IMG/VR virus record: IMGVR_UViG_3300013296_000001
Span: 4,211-68,210 of that record
Length of the DNA: 64,000 bases
Reading direction: 5' to 3' (one strand)
From: a virus
The notes below the pieces were generated by a model. The model did not search any database, was not told the DNA's origin, and saw nothing but the letters and a program-made list of their open reading frames with translations. Positions 1 to 9,300 of the stretch are shown in pieces (position 1 is the first letter of the stretch; every line of letters starts with the position of its first letter). Position numbers and translations under genes: made by a program.

Positions 1-34
1 ATCGGCGCCGGCGCTTGTCTGTCGTGGTCCCCAT
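1..34 (-). CDS. Start of next leftward gene (partial, MGTTTDKRRRR)
   Basis: ATG at 34 preceded by purine-rich GGAAAGGAAGG; runs off the window edge. Confidence 0.35.
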   Translation of the reverse strand, partial: MGTTTDKRRRR

Positions 35-129
35 GATGCCCTTCCTTTCCACATTCGTACCCTAAATACATGGTAGATGTGCATTTGGAAGGAATCAATA
101 GGATTCTGTGGAAAATATTTTGATCAAAA

Positions 130-2559
130 TTACGGGATAGACACACCCTCTGCCCATGAGTCACCATGATATTCCGCTGAAACTGGCGTCGGTATGCCAA
201 TATCGTTCCCACCCTCTTGCATAAGCCGTCGTACCTCTGCCACGATTGGAGCGTTATACGTGTGCAGTGGCTTCCCGGGTATCACCCTCTTCGGCATGTC
301 CAACACTAGTTCGTCATGTACCTGTAATACGATATGATAGCCACCTTGCCACGTCTTGCCGGCAAACACTTCACCGGCATTGATTCTCTGGAAGAAATCA
401 TGTACTCGGATCATTGCCTTAGTCATCCACCAGCCGGCGGTTCCCTGTACGTGGTAATTGAGAGGTACTGTCGGCTTAATGCGCCCGTAGTCGGTTCTAG
501 TACACATCAGCGGATAACCGCGTTCAGGATCGACAGTCTTATCGGGAATAGTCTCTACGTACCCGTGTTTTTCGGCGAACTCTACCCACTTCTGGTTTAG
601 CTTCTCTTTCTTGGCGAATCGGGCTGCTACTAACTTCTGCGCCCCCGGTCGTCTAGCGGCTTGGTCGGCTGTGCCGCTACCGTCTTCACGGTCTACTGAT
701 CGATATCCCACGGCGAACCCGAAGTTTTTACACCATTGATAGTTTCTAGATCGGTACTTGTCCTTGATGTGGTTCTTGTTATCCATCTGGAACGGTAGTT
801 CTTTAGCCCATATCTCTGGGTAGATGGTGGAGAAGTTCAGTAGGTGTTCACTGCCGAAATAGGGTGGCTCTTTCGACTTCTCGAATAGGTTGATTAACTC
901 TTGTTCGCCTGATTCGTAAGCGGGTATGCGTAGTTCTATGTTCTGGGCATCAAAGCTATACCACTCCCTGCCCGGTGACGGTCCGAATATCCACCGGAGA
1001 CTACGGAGAGAGTATCCCTTGAAGTGGCATTTCTCACACCCTTCTCCCTCACAGTGTTTACACTCAGCCTCTTCCTTTCCGATTTGCTGGCCGTTAGGAT
1101 TACTACATCCGAATCGTGTAGTGGCCGTGCGGGTCGCGTTGAAATTTGGGTAAAGGACGTGCCACTCAGGGTGATAACATTTTTGATCAAATTCTGTAGA
1201 TACTACGCCACATATACGACACAGTTCTACCCCACCGAACTGCGATATGTAGGGGCGGTGCGGCTTACCGGTCGGTAGCTTGCATATATACCGTCCGTAA
1301 CTCTCCATATATGTTAGAGCCGTATTCTTCTTCCTCATCTCCATCATGGATTCTAGAAAGTTAAGTTCACGGCTGCCCTTGTTTAGTATCTCGAAGTAGT
1401 AGGGAATAGCGTTCTTCGCATCGAGTGCCGGGGCGTCTGTCTTTGCCTTCTTATTACGGACTGGTGGTAACTTCATTACATCGAATACGAATGTCCGTAG
1501 ATTCGCGTTTACCGTTTTGGGCATGTCCAGATCATACCCGTACTCGGCTGCTATCTTCTCGCACTCCAGCTTGAGACGTGCTGAGTCTTCTTTGTACTCT
1601 TCCGACAGTTCGTATAGCCGTCCCTCGTGCATTGTGACGCCACGCCGTTCCATTCGATACACAATCTCTGACAGTCGGCGCCGGGCGTCGTACAGCTTCC
1701 ACCGGCCCCGCTCGTGTAACTTCCGTTCAATGACATTCCATAACTGCATTGTCACTTGTGAGTCAACGTCGCTATACTCTTGTAGGAGAATTGGCCAGCG
1801 GTTCAACTCGGCTATCGTTATGTTGCTGTACTTGGCGATGGTATCGGCCCCCATTGCGTCGATCATCGCTATCGGTAGCCAGTAGTCGGCTCGCCAGTTC
1901 TCTTTACCAGCGCTAGGCATTTCGTAGTTGCCTTCAGAGTCCGTCAAGTCTTCTCCGGCGATCATCCATTTGGCCAGTTGGTCTAGCGGACCGTGAGTTT
2001 TGATCAAATTTTTCGATGACTTAGGCGCTCGTCCGAACAACGTCGGCACCGTCTTCTTAGGGGTCGCCTTAGCCGTCTCTAACTTACCTACTCTTATCTT
2101 CGCTTGCTGCACTAACCGACGTGCCTTATGGACTGCCGTTGCCAGTTCGTGTTCATAGGGGCCGATGTCCGTTCCCAGATACATTGCGGCTAGTACCGTA
2201 AGATTCTTCGGCTTGTTGCTCGCCAGGACGTGCGCCGCTAGTAGCGTGTCGTGTGTGATGTCCCACAGCCACCTAGATTCGACTTCGGGAAGGATGGTTG
2301 TCAGTGCAGCCGTGTCAAATTTCCCGTTCTGCGCCACGAACCCTACTCGCCCTCCGTGGTGAGGGTCATTCTGGTAGTCAAAGAAGATGGAGCGGATTTC
2401 GTCTATATCCTCCGAAGGGACTGTTACCTTTCGTGTGTACGGATCAACTTTCCATGTCCACGTTCGTAGGATACCCTCGTCGTTACACGTCGTCAGGTAG
2501 AAAGGGCGGGTTCCGTGGTGATGGTCCGTTCCTGATGTTTCTGTGTCGAACGCAATCAT
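130..2559 (-). CDS. polA: DNA polymerase family A with 3'-5' exonuclease domain
   Basis: N-terminal AFDTETSG exo I motif; TATTRFGCSNPNGQQI; motif A FDAQNIELRI; motif B KNFGFAVGY; motif C LQVHDELV. Confidence 0.95.
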   Translation of the reverse strand: MIAFDTETSGTDHHHGTRPFYLTTCNDEGILRTWTWKVDPYTRKVTVPSEDIDEIRSIFFDYQNDPHHGGRVGFVAQNGKFDTAALTTILPEVESRWLWDITHDTLLAAHVLASNKPKNLTVLAAMYLGTDIGPYEHELATAVHKARRLVQQAKIRVGKLETAKATPKKTVPTLFGRAPKSSKNLIKTHGPLDQLAKWMIAGEDLTDSEGNYEMPSAGKENWRADYWLPIAMIDAMGADTIAKYSNITIAELNRWPILLQEYSDVDSQVTMQLWNVIERKLHERGRWKLYDARRRLSEIVYRMERRGVTMHEGRLYELSEEYKEDSARLKLECEKIAAEYGYDLDMPKTVNANLRTFVFDVMKLPPVRNKKAKTDAPALDAKNAIPYYFEILNKGSRELNFLESMMEMRKKNTALTYMESYGRYICKLPTGKPHRPYISQFGGVELCRICGVVSTEFDQKCYHPEWHVLYPNFNATRTATTRFGCSNPNGQQIGKEEAECKHCEGEGCEKCHFKGYSLRSLRWIFGPSPGREWYSFDAQNIELRIPAYESGEQELINLFEKSKEPPYFGSEHLLNFSTIYPEIWAKELPFQMDNKNHIKDKYRSRNYQWCKNFGFAVGYRSVDREDGSGTADQAARRPGAQKLVAARFAKKEKLNQKWVEFAEKHGYVETIPDKTVDPERGYPLMCTRTDYGRIKPTVPLNYHVQGTAGWWMTKAMIRVHDFFQRINAGEVFAGKTWQGGYHIVLQVHDELVLDMPKRVIPGKPLHTYNAPIVAEVRRLMQEGGNDIGIPTPVSAEYHGDSWAEGVSIP

Positions 2560-2909
2560 TTCTTGTCTCCACTATCTGCCTTGTCGGTAATCCCCACGTC
2601 GTCACGGTAAACATCAAACACCGACTTTGCGTCATCTCTACTAAAACTCGACCCTTTGGTATGGTCAATCTTCATACGAGACGTGCCAAGTCTCCACACA
2701 GCGTACTCCTCGTCGCTCTCGCACAGAATCAAATTCAGGTTGCCGAACCGGACCGGGCGCTTTTCCCCCGCTTGCTGAACTTCCATTTTCTTGTCAGCAA
2801 GCAATCTTAATCTCGATGCAGTCTCGGTGTCTACTCTTATTACTAGGTCTACGTCACTGCTAGGCTTTGGGGTGCCGTATACTCGACTCCCTGTTAGGAA
2901 TGCGAACAT
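2556..2909 (-). CDS. Minimal nucleotidyltransferase (Pol-beta superfamily)
   Basis: FLTGSRVYG...SDVDL = GS-x-DxD motif. Confidence 0.75.
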   Translation of the reverse strand: MFAFLTGSRVYGTPKPSSDVDLVIRVDTETASRLRLLADKKMEVQQAGEKRPVRFGNLNLILCESDEEYAVWRLGTSRMKIDHTKGSSFSRDDAKSVFDVYRDDVGITDKADSGDKK

Positions 2910-2921
2910 AGTTGTAGTCCG

Positions 2922-3059
2922 TTATGGTTTGATTCGTCCGTTCATTACACAAGGTTGGCACGATCCGCCCTTGCTGTTCTTACCCGTCCCACCACATGCC
3001 TTGCAGCACTTACACACCTTCTGTCGGCATTGTGGGCAAAGATGAACTGGTGTAGGCAT
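2922..3059 (-). CDS. Small Cys-rich protein, DnaJ-type zinc finger-like (45 aa)
   Basis: Hand translation MPTPVHLCPQCRQKVCKCCKACGGTGKNSKGGSCQPCVMNGRIKP; contains CxxCxGxG; below the ORF-track cutoff. Confidence 0.6.
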   Translation of the reverse strand: MPTPVHLCPQCRQKVCKCCKACGGTGKNSKGGSCQPCVMNGRIKP

Positions 3060-3104
3060 GATACACCTTGCGGAAATTTTGATCAAAATTCTAACACTGT
3101 AGAC

Positions 3105-3150
3105 GAAAAGAGGGTGAGATAACCCACTGGAGATAAGTTATCCCACCCTC
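3105..3150 (-). terminator. Intrinsic terminator after thyX
   Basis: 14-bp stem GAGGGTGGGATAAC/GTTATCTCACCCTC followed by TTTT on the minus strand. Confidence 0.65.
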
Positions 3151-3173
3151 CTACCTTTGACCTATCGGCAGGA

Positions 3174-3944
3174 CTATACCACCCCCTTGCCTGATGGCGT
3201 ACTAGGATTGCGTCCTGCAACGTACAGCTTCCATGTTCTCGGGAATTTGGATTCAAGGATTACACCAATAGCATCCGCGAACTGTTGGATTTCCCACATG
3301 GCGCCAGGATCGGCTCTCAGTGTTATAAAGGCTAGCCAGTTCCGTAGGTTGGCATTTGCTCGCATCTTGGAGTACCGTCCTACTGGCAGTTCTATCCGAG
3401 CCAGTTCCTTCGGCACTCCCCTACCTAGCCATTTCTGGTAGAACTCCTCTTGCCGTTCGTACATAAACTGCAACTCTCGGATAAACTCTTCGGCATAGTC
3501 GTCGGTCAAGTCTTCGGCGCCTTTGACTGTTCCCGCTTGCTTGTTCTTCGTACTCGTCAGGAAGCATCTTGCCTTAGTTGGGACGTAGTTTAGGTCCGGC
3601 AACGGAGCATAACGGGCGGACATTTCGTTGTAACTTTGTGTCCTATGACGGTGCCATTCTCTGAAGATGAAGATAGGTGCTTGCACTTCGATAATCAGTC
3701 CAGCGAACTCGAAAGGCGTTGCGTGGGGCGGCTTGTTACTGTACAAGAACCTCAATAACCGTTCGTCCTCTTCCCATCCGCGGAAGCTGCCTTGCGTGGA
3801 CTGTCGAGCTGTCTCTATGATCCCGCACTCGTAGTCCTGTAACTCACTTAGGTTGGAACCGTTCGGGTCTAGTCCGGCGTCCCCGTGACCGTAAGCTTCG
3901 ATGAACCGCACGTACCCGTGGTCTAGCACCTTGATCGCATCCAT
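3174..3944 (-). CDS. thyX: Flavin-dependent thymidylate synthase
   Basis: REWHRHRTQSYNEMSARY signature, HATPFEF, ELAR. Start reassigned to ATG 3944 because the track's TTG lies inside the palindrome. Confidence 0.95.
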   Translation of the reverse strand: MDAIKVLDHGYVRFIEAYGHGDAGLDPNGSNLSELQDYECGIIETARQSTQGSFRGWEEDERLLRFLYSNKPPHATPFEFAGLIIEVQAPIFIFREWHRHRTQSYNEMSARYAPLPDLNYVPTKARCFLTSTKNKQAGTVKGAEDLTDDYAEEFIRELQFMYERQEEFYQKWLGRGVPKELARIELPVGRYSKMRANANLRNWLAFITLRADPGAMWEIQQFADAIGVILESKFPRTWKLYVAGRNPSTPSGKGVV

Positions 3945-4017
3945 ACCGCACCGTGGGGAAATTTTGATCAAAAATGTACTGCCACGATGGTTAGTCGTGG
4001 CAGTACGTGAGGGTAGA

Positions 4018-5292
4018 TCACTCAGGCATCGGCGTCAATGCACTGATCGACACGTTATAAATTCGGTTGTCGGTCAGATTCTTGATATTCACCTTACCTT
4101 CTTGATCCTCCGTCCCAACCTTAATGATCTGCCCTTGCACCTGCTTCTTCGTCTTCGGGTCAGTGAAGAGGAACACGTCATTCACTGCCGGCGGTTGTGG
4201 TTCGTCTGACACTTCCTCTACTTCGTCATTCGTTGTGTGCTTTGACTCATCGGCGTTATGCTCGCGCTGCCGAATCTCCTCTACCACTGCCGGCCAACCT
4301 CCGTCGGTGTTCGCTATCTCATCATCCGTGATGCCCGCTTCGTTGGCCGCACGAGTCAACTTGTCTTGGAAATCTTCGTTTGTGTCCGCCTCTGCCGCCA
4401 TTTCTTCCAACGTCGGTTCCTTCTTTGGTGCTGCCTTCGGAGCCGGCTTACCGCCCGTTGTCGGCTTGGTCTGACCGTTCTTCGCCGGTGCCGGAGTTGT
4501 TGTCGGCTTGTTCTGTGCGGACTTGGTTGTCGCTTTCGGCTTGTTCGCACTACCGAACCGGGTGGACTTAGGCGCCTCTTCGACTGGTGGCGATTCGGTG
4601 TCGTTCGTCATCTCCTCTGGCTCCGTCGCTACTTCCTCCCCTTCAGCAGTTGTTACGTCTGCCGTGTCGTCGTGCGGTTCCTCTGGTGGTGTGTCGTCCT
4701 GCACCATCTGAGCCGGCACGTCGGGGGGTGTAAAGTCGATGGCTTGTTCCCAGATTTGGTTTAGTAGCGGTTCCTTGCCAGCGTACTTACCTTGTTTCTG
4801 AGGCTCGCCCTTCCACGTCCTGAACCGGAAATGGATACCAGCTTTGGCGATCTGGGCACAGATGTCTTCCACGTTCTCAAACGTCACGTCTGCCATACTC
4901 ACACCGAGTCGGCCGAGCAACTGCACCACCCAATTCCAGTGCTCTTGAAGTGTCCGGTTGCCCTCTGATCGTGTCGGGGTGTCATACAGTGGGCGGGTGA
5001 CAGAGGTACGCATCCCCCGCGTGAAATACTTGTTGCCAGACTTGTCCACGAACGTCTCGGGTTCGACGACAACACCCGACGCATATAACATCATCTTGCC
5101 CTTATTCGCTCCCTCTTTCTTGATCTCTGTGAACCGAAGTTCCTTCAGTTCCGCAATGCCGTTCATCCCCGCCGGCAGATCACCACCACCCGCGACCGGC
5201 TTGATTTCCTGCGTCTTGACCTTCTCGTGAACCGGCGCCAGAACCTTACCCAGCTTGCGAAACAGCAGACCGGTCGATTGTGCCGCAGCCAT
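4018..5292 (-). CDS. Putative single-stranded DNA-binding protein with long acidic, Pro/Lys-rich tail
   Basis: GGGDLPAG beta-rich N-terminal domain typical of phage SSB-like proteins; sits next to an AAA recombinase-type gene. Confidence 0.5.
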   Translation of the reverse strand: MAAAQSTGLLFRKLGKVLAPVHEKVKTQEIKPVAGGGDLPAGMNGIAELKELRFTEIKKEGANKGKMMLYASGVVVEPETFVDKSGNKYFTRGMRTSVTRPLYDTPTRSEGNRTLQEHWNWVVQLLGRLGVSMADVTFENVEDICAQIAKAGIHFRFRTWKGEPQKQGKYAGKEPLLNQIWEQAIDFTPPDVPAQMVQDDTPPEEPHDDTADVTTAEGEEVATEPEEMTNDTESPPVEEAPKSTRFGSANKPKATTKSAQNKPTTTPAPAKNGQTKPTTGGKPAPKAAPKKEPTLEEMAAEADTNEDFQDKLTRAANEAGITDDEIANTDGGWPAVVEEIRQREHNADESKHTTNDEVEEVSDEPQPPAVNDVFLFTDPKTKKQVQGQIIKVGTEDQEGKVNIKNLTDNRIYNVSISALTPMPE

Positions 5293-5329
5293 TGCATACC
5301 CCTTAGACGAGTGATACGGAGGTTAGAGA

Positions 5330-5377
5330 AACCGTCTTCCCCACTGCCTTATTATTATAACAACAAGGAAGACGGTT
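5330..5377 (-). promoter_or_regulatory. Putative extended -10 promoter (TGnTATAAT) bracketed by an 11-bp inverted repeat
   Basis: CTTATTATTATAACAACAAG at 5348-5367; AACCGTCTTCC at 5330-5340 and GGAAGACGGTT at 5367-5377. Confidence 0.6.
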
Positions 5378-5425
5378 CAGGACACGCACGCACTAGACGC
5401 ACACTAGAATTTTGATCAAAATTCT

Positions 5426-5833
5426 TTACACTTTCGACGGGTCGGCGTAGTCACCGTAAGCAGACCGCCACGCCTCACTATTCACGTCCACGGCACCCGT
5501 GATCTTGTCTTCGGTACAGCAGACGTAGACCCATCTGGAGTGATTGAAGAGGTACTTGAGAATGCGTACCTCTGGGTGGGCAGTAACAATGTCCCCGACT
5601 TGAACGCCCGACTTGCACAAGGGACCAACTGACAGTACCTCGAACACCGCCGTCTCGTAATTGTCTTGAGTCCCTTCCGGCAGCATCAGTCCGGCCTTCG
5701 TCATGTTGACTTTGCGAGCCTCATTGAACCACATCACCACGAAGTTGCCGTAAGCCTTCAACACTGGTGGCGGCTTTGGCTTGACCTCCGATTGATTGTT
5801 GGCCAGAATGTGTGCGTTGTTCAGTCCGTTCAT
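5426..5833 (-). CDS. groES: GroES/Cpn10-like co-chaperonin
   Basis: LKAYGNFVV...TKAGLMLPE...EVLSVGP...VQVGDIV; GGAGG RBS before ATG 5833. Confidence 0.7.
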   Translation of the reverse strand: MNGLNNAHILANNQSEVKPKPPPVLKAYGNFVVMWFNEARKVNMTKAGLMLPEGTQDNYETAVFEVLSVGPLCKSGVQVGDIVTAHPEVRILKYLFNHSRWVYVCCTEDKITGAVDVNSEAWRSAYGDYADPSKV

Positions 5834-5880
5834 AGGTTGTCCTCCGTTGTCGTCTATCACTAACTTCCTGCGATGCATTG

Positions 5881-6819
5881 TTACCCCTTGATGAGTTTGA
5901 CCAGCTTCGCGTAAGTCGGATCGGCGATGTAGCTCGGCAGGGATTTGTTCTTACTCGCCGGAATGCGGAACTTTGTCATAATGACCGTATGCGGCTCGAC
6001 GCGGATACGGTACTCCACACCCGGTAGCCTCTTCTGAATCTTGATCGGCTGTTTGCCCTCCCCCATGCTTTTCGTGACCGTCTCGTACCGTGGCGCCTTG
6101 AACGTCTGAACGGCGTAATCGAGTGCCGGACGTAGCCATGCCGCCATTGACGGGATCACCCCCGGCCCGATCTTCGGCCCGAGTGCGTCCGACTCCGTAA
6201 TGGTGACGATCCCCTCTTCCGACTCCCCCTCTTCCTTCGGCTTGAATATCCTCTCTTGGGTCAGGACGACGATATTTACCCCTACGAGGTTCAACATCTT
6301 CCGTACAATCTCTTTCTCTTGTGCGGCAATCTGCCCCCACTGCTGTTGGCTACAGATGCCCCAACTCTTCTGCGCCGGAGCCTCGTCCATGCCAACGACT
6401 TCACAGAATATGATGTCTTCTAACCCGCTCAAGTGGTCTAATACAATCGTCTTGAAACCCTTGTCTACCACCCCGTCTAGAACGTCGTGGATTTTCTTCG
6501 ATGCGACAACTCCGCTCGACGGCTTGGGAGTGAACTTGCGAATCCGGTTCGCGTTCTCGGGTGTGTCTACCGACTTCAACTCACCCGGGTTCTTACTGCC
6601 GCTGCACTGAATCCATAACAGAGGGTCGGGGAACGTGGCGGCGAACGTCGTCTTGCCTGTTCCACTGTCACCGAACACCAGCACTTTTAGTGACTCGTCC
6701 CTCCCTTCTCCGATGGGAGTGACTTCATCCCATACGCTAGGAGTTTTGATCAAATTTCCGTTGCTCGTCCGTGGCATCACTCGCCCCGGCACTATCCGCT
6801 GTGGTACTGGCGTTGGCAT
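5881..6819 (-). CDS. AAA-family NTP-binding protein (AAA_24/Sak4-like)
   Basis: Walker A VFGDSGTGKTT; Walker B-like TIVLDHLS. Confidence 0.8.
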   Translation of the reverse strand: MPTPVPQRIVPGRVMPRTSNGNLIKTPSVWDEVTPIGEGRDESLKVLVFGDSGTGKTTFAATFPDPLLWIQCSGSKNPGELKSVDTPENANRIRKFTPKPSSGVVASKKIHDVLDGVVDKGFKTIVLDHLSGLEDIIFCEVVGMDEAPAQKSWGICSQQQWGQIAAQEKEIVRKMLNLVGVNIVVLTQERIFKPKEEGESEEGIVTITESDALGPKIGPGVIPSMAAWLRPALDYAVQTFKAPRYETVTKSMGEGKQPIKIQKRLPGVEYRIRVEPHTVIMTKFRIPASKNKSLPSYIADPTYAKLVKLIKG

Positions 6820-6820
6820 A

Positions 6821-7042
6821 CTAACCCTTTCCTTCGTTGTAACCTTGTTTGGTGGCATCCGCTACCGACTGTTTCTCTAGACAAGCCGTGTGGGCGAACT
6901 CTTCTCCGAAGTTAAATGTTAGTTTTTGTGGATACACCATCTGTCTAAACTCTAATGGTGCGTCCTTCGGTGTACCAGATAGACTTATCGGTAGTTCACA
7001 TATACGGCAGACTCGTTTCTCCCTAGCCTCTGCAACAGTCAT
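6821..7042 (-). CDS. Small hypothetical protein with CxxC...HxxC
   Basis: Tightly packed between neighbours. Confidence 0.55.
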   Translation of the reverse strand: MTVAEAREKRVCRICELPISLSGTPKDAPLEFRQMVYPQKLTFNFGEEFAHTACLEKQSVADATKQGYNEGKG

Positions 7043-7491
7043 TTCAGTTCCTCGAAGAGTGTTTCCTGCCGAGTTAGTCCGACTGTAGAACCTTCAACTA
7101 GGTAAGCGTCAAGGTCTGTTGCTCCCCCCTCAGTTAATGGCGAGTATACGCCGAATGGCATCTGCCAGTGTCCAGAATCTCTATCCTCGAAAATGTCATA
7201 CTTTGGGTCTTCCATTGCAAACTGAGCACATTCGTACCATTTACACAACTGTTCTAGCAGTGGGTCAAGTGTCCTCTTGCGAAACAGTGCTATATTCTCT
7301 GGAGAAAAGGCAGTCTCCCATCTGGCAAAGAAATCCGCCGGATTCTCCCTTACGATACCCGCTAACCGCTGTTGAAACTGCTGTGGAGTTTCCTTCTTAC
7401 CCTGATACTGCGCGGGGCGTTTGATGACGTTGTAACGGACTCCTCGAATCGGATGAGCGCCTAGAATTTTGATCAAAGTTTTTTCATCCAT
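7039..7491 (-). CDS. PD-(D/E)XK (Cas4-like) exonuclease, C-terminal fragment
   Basis: IRGVRYNVIKRP continues the nuclease fold; own ATG at 7491 inside the GIY-YIG gene end. Confidence 0.6.
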   Translation of the reverse strand: MDEKTLIKILGAHPIRGVRYNVIKRPAQYQGKKETPQQFQQRLAGIVRENPADFFARWETAFSPENIALFRKRTLDPLLEQLCKWYECAQFAMEDPKYDIFEDRDSGHWQMPFGVYSPLTEGGATDLDAYLVEGSTVGLTRQETLFEELK

Positions 7492-8165
7492 TTTGCAACC
7501 CTCTTTTTGGCTAATGCAGCTTTTACTGCCTCTGAGATTTTGGCACAATGTTCCGGGGTTTTTGGCCTACCTCTTCCGGCTAACGACATCTTTAACCTAG
7601 TCTCTGCGGACGCTTTTTTACCTTTATTAGCCGGCTCTCTTCCTAGAAACGACCTTAGAATTCCTTCAGATATTTTGGCTTTACTCTCTTCTGAGTGTTT
7701 CCATCCTTGCCGGTTTTGCCATAGGTTTGCCTTATGCTCTTCTGACTTAGGCTTGCCCTTGAGTGCGTTGCTAATCTTTTTCTTTATCCAATCCGCCATT
7801 ACAACACCACGTTTAACCTCTGACATTTTCTTTTTAGTTTCTTCTGTGTGCCTGAACCCGAGACAGTTACCAGCCGTAGGGCTACGGTTATATCCATTCT
7901 CAAATTTATAAGGCTTCAGTGTGTCTAACCAGTGTTGCTCTCTAAGTAAACATTCACTAGGATCGCATTGTTCTGGGATGGTTATTACGAATCCTAGTGG
8001 CCCGTACTTATTCCAAGAGTTTTGTAAGTATGTAATTGGGTGGTATCCTCCATTTAATGCGCGTAAATGGTCATTGATGCGCCGTTCTATGTCACAACTA
8101 CTACCTACATAAACCTTCCCGTTGTAAACGTTTTTGAAGATGTAGACTCCACTTTTCGGTTTCAA
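7473..8165 (-). CDS. GIY-YIG homing endonuclease with NUMOD3 repeats
   Basis: SGVYIFKNVYNGKVYVGSS; HTEETKKKMS and HSEESKAKIS repeats; AT-rich. Confidence 0.92.
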   Translation of the reverse strand: MKPKSGVYIFKNVYNGKVYVGSSCDIERRINDHLRALNGGYHPITYLQNSWNKYGPLGFVITIPEQCDPSECLLREQHWLDTLKPYKFENGYNRSPTAGNCLGFRHTEETKKKMSEVKRGVVMADWIKKKISNALKGKPKSEEHKANLWQNRQGWKHSEESKAKISEGILRSFLGREPANKGKKASAETRLKMSLAGRGRPKTPEHCAKISEAVKAALAKKRVAKWMKKL

Positions 8166-8911
8166 GTGTTACCTCCTTTTGATATTTGGCATAGTGCTAC
8201 TAAATAGAGGAGCATTTGTAAGTCCCCGGTCAACTGCCGACTGATGGCTAACCCCTCTATCCGGCTTTTCGTCTTGTGGTCCCCTATCCAGATGCCCGAA
8301 CTTGTAGCGTCTTTCACCAACACAACCTCATCCCACTTGCCACGGAGCCGCACTGTTCGGCCGCTTGGCAGTGTGTACGGCACGTTGAACACATGCTCTT
8401 GCAGTAGGGGAATTACCTTGCGGGAATTTTGATCAAAATTCTGTGTCCAATACTCGACGTAGATCGGGAACATCGTCCGACAGATGCCGTACCAGTTGTT
8501 AATCGCATCTCTGTCGAAGGGATACTGTTTACTTAACCCGTTCATCCCGTAGACGTAATCCTTTAAAGCAATTTCCCACGCTGACTGATCTGTTCCGGTT
8601 ATAGGACGCAATTGCCCGTCCATACTACATTGCTTCTGTGCTAGTGCCTCTTCACAGATGTGCCACATATTGCCGAATTCCATCCGTGCATTGAACGACG
8701 GTGCCGGTGCCCACCCTTCGAGATACTGCACTCGAAATCGCTCTCGACAGACGATGAATCGTGAGAGCATCGAGAACGTAATACCGCCGTTCTCCTCGTT
8801 CGACTCCGGCCCTTTCCATAGTGGCGGACGCTTGACGAACTGGTTCTTAATTCCCATCCCCTTTAACGTCTCTGAGACCGAGGGCTTTCTTGCCTTCATT
8901 GGTGTACTCAC
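8162..8911 (-). CDS. PD-(D/E)XK (Cas4-like) exonuclease, N-terminal fragment
   Basis: TFSMLSRFIVCRERF...GNMWH...LRGKWDEV...IGDHKTK...LQMLLY. Confidence 0.8.
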   Translation of the reverse strand: MSTPMKARKPSVSETLKGMGIKNQFVKRPPLWKGPESNEENGGITFSMLSRFIVCRERFRVQYLEGWAPAPSFNARMEFGNMWHICEEALAQKQCSMDGQLRPITGTDQSAWEIALKDYVYGMNGLSKQYPFDRDAINNWYGICRTMFPIYVEYWTQNFDQNSRKVIPLLQEHVFNVPYTLPSGRTVRLRGKWDEVVLVKDATSSGIWIGDHKTKSRIEGLAISRQLTGDLQMLLYLVALCQISKGGNT

Positions 8912-9089
8912 ATGCGGTAGGGGTTATAGTTAGATACTTGGCGGGGTGTAATGCAAAGTCCATCAATATCGCCTTGTGTACGTCACATGCTCCGAATTTC
9001 TTGTGCGTGCAGTCGTTACACCCGTCGATCATCTCCGTCACGAACAGTTTCTTTGCCCGGTTGAGCCTCTTTCGGAACTCCGGCGACAT
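8847..9089 (-). CDS. Hypothetical protein (CxxC-x-C-x-H)
   Basis: Fills the gap but overlaps both neighbours. Confidence 0.4.
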   Translation of the reverse strand: MSPEFRKRLNRAKKLFVTEMIDGCNDCTHKKFGACDVHKAILMDFALHPAKYLTITPTACEYTNEGKKALGLRDVKGDGN

Positions 9090-9276
9090 GGCCATAGGCA
9101 ATCTTCCTTTGTGCAGCAGTTAACTCGGATTCGATCAACTCTTGCCTGTGTATCGGTGTGTCACCCGGGGCGACGATGCCGATACGCACCTTGTTACGGT
9201 CGATGGACAGGACTGTTATGCAGATAGTTTCCCCGATCCATATGTTTTCTCCACCCTTGCGAGATAAGACGAGCAT
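9016..9276 (-). CDS. csrA: Carbon storage regulator CsrA/RsmA homologue
   Basis: MLVLSRKGGENIWIG...VRIGIVAPGDTPIHRQEL. Confidence 0.92.
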   Translation of the reverse strand: MLVLSRKGGENIWIGETICITVLSIDRNKVRIGIVAPGDTPIHRQELIESELTAAQRKIAYGHVAGVPKEAQPGKETVRDGDDRRV

Positions 9277-9300
9277 TATAGCCTTCCGTGTAAATTTTGA

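Noticed and set aside
3945-3971. ORF-track starts reading MIKI... (e.g. 3971, 21975, 23587, 24150, 45246, 13239)
   Set aside because: These are TTG codons inside the palindrome; better ATG starts with RBS lie downstream.
7473-8165. Group I intron around the GIY-YIG gene (also considered for the HNH genes)
   Set aside because: The endonuclease ORFs overlap both neighbours, leaving no non-coding space for a ribozyme core.
8162-8911. Cas4 as evidence of a CRISPR-Cas system
   Set aside because: A stand-alone phage PD-(D/E)XK exonuclease in a recombination cluster, with no other cas genes or array.
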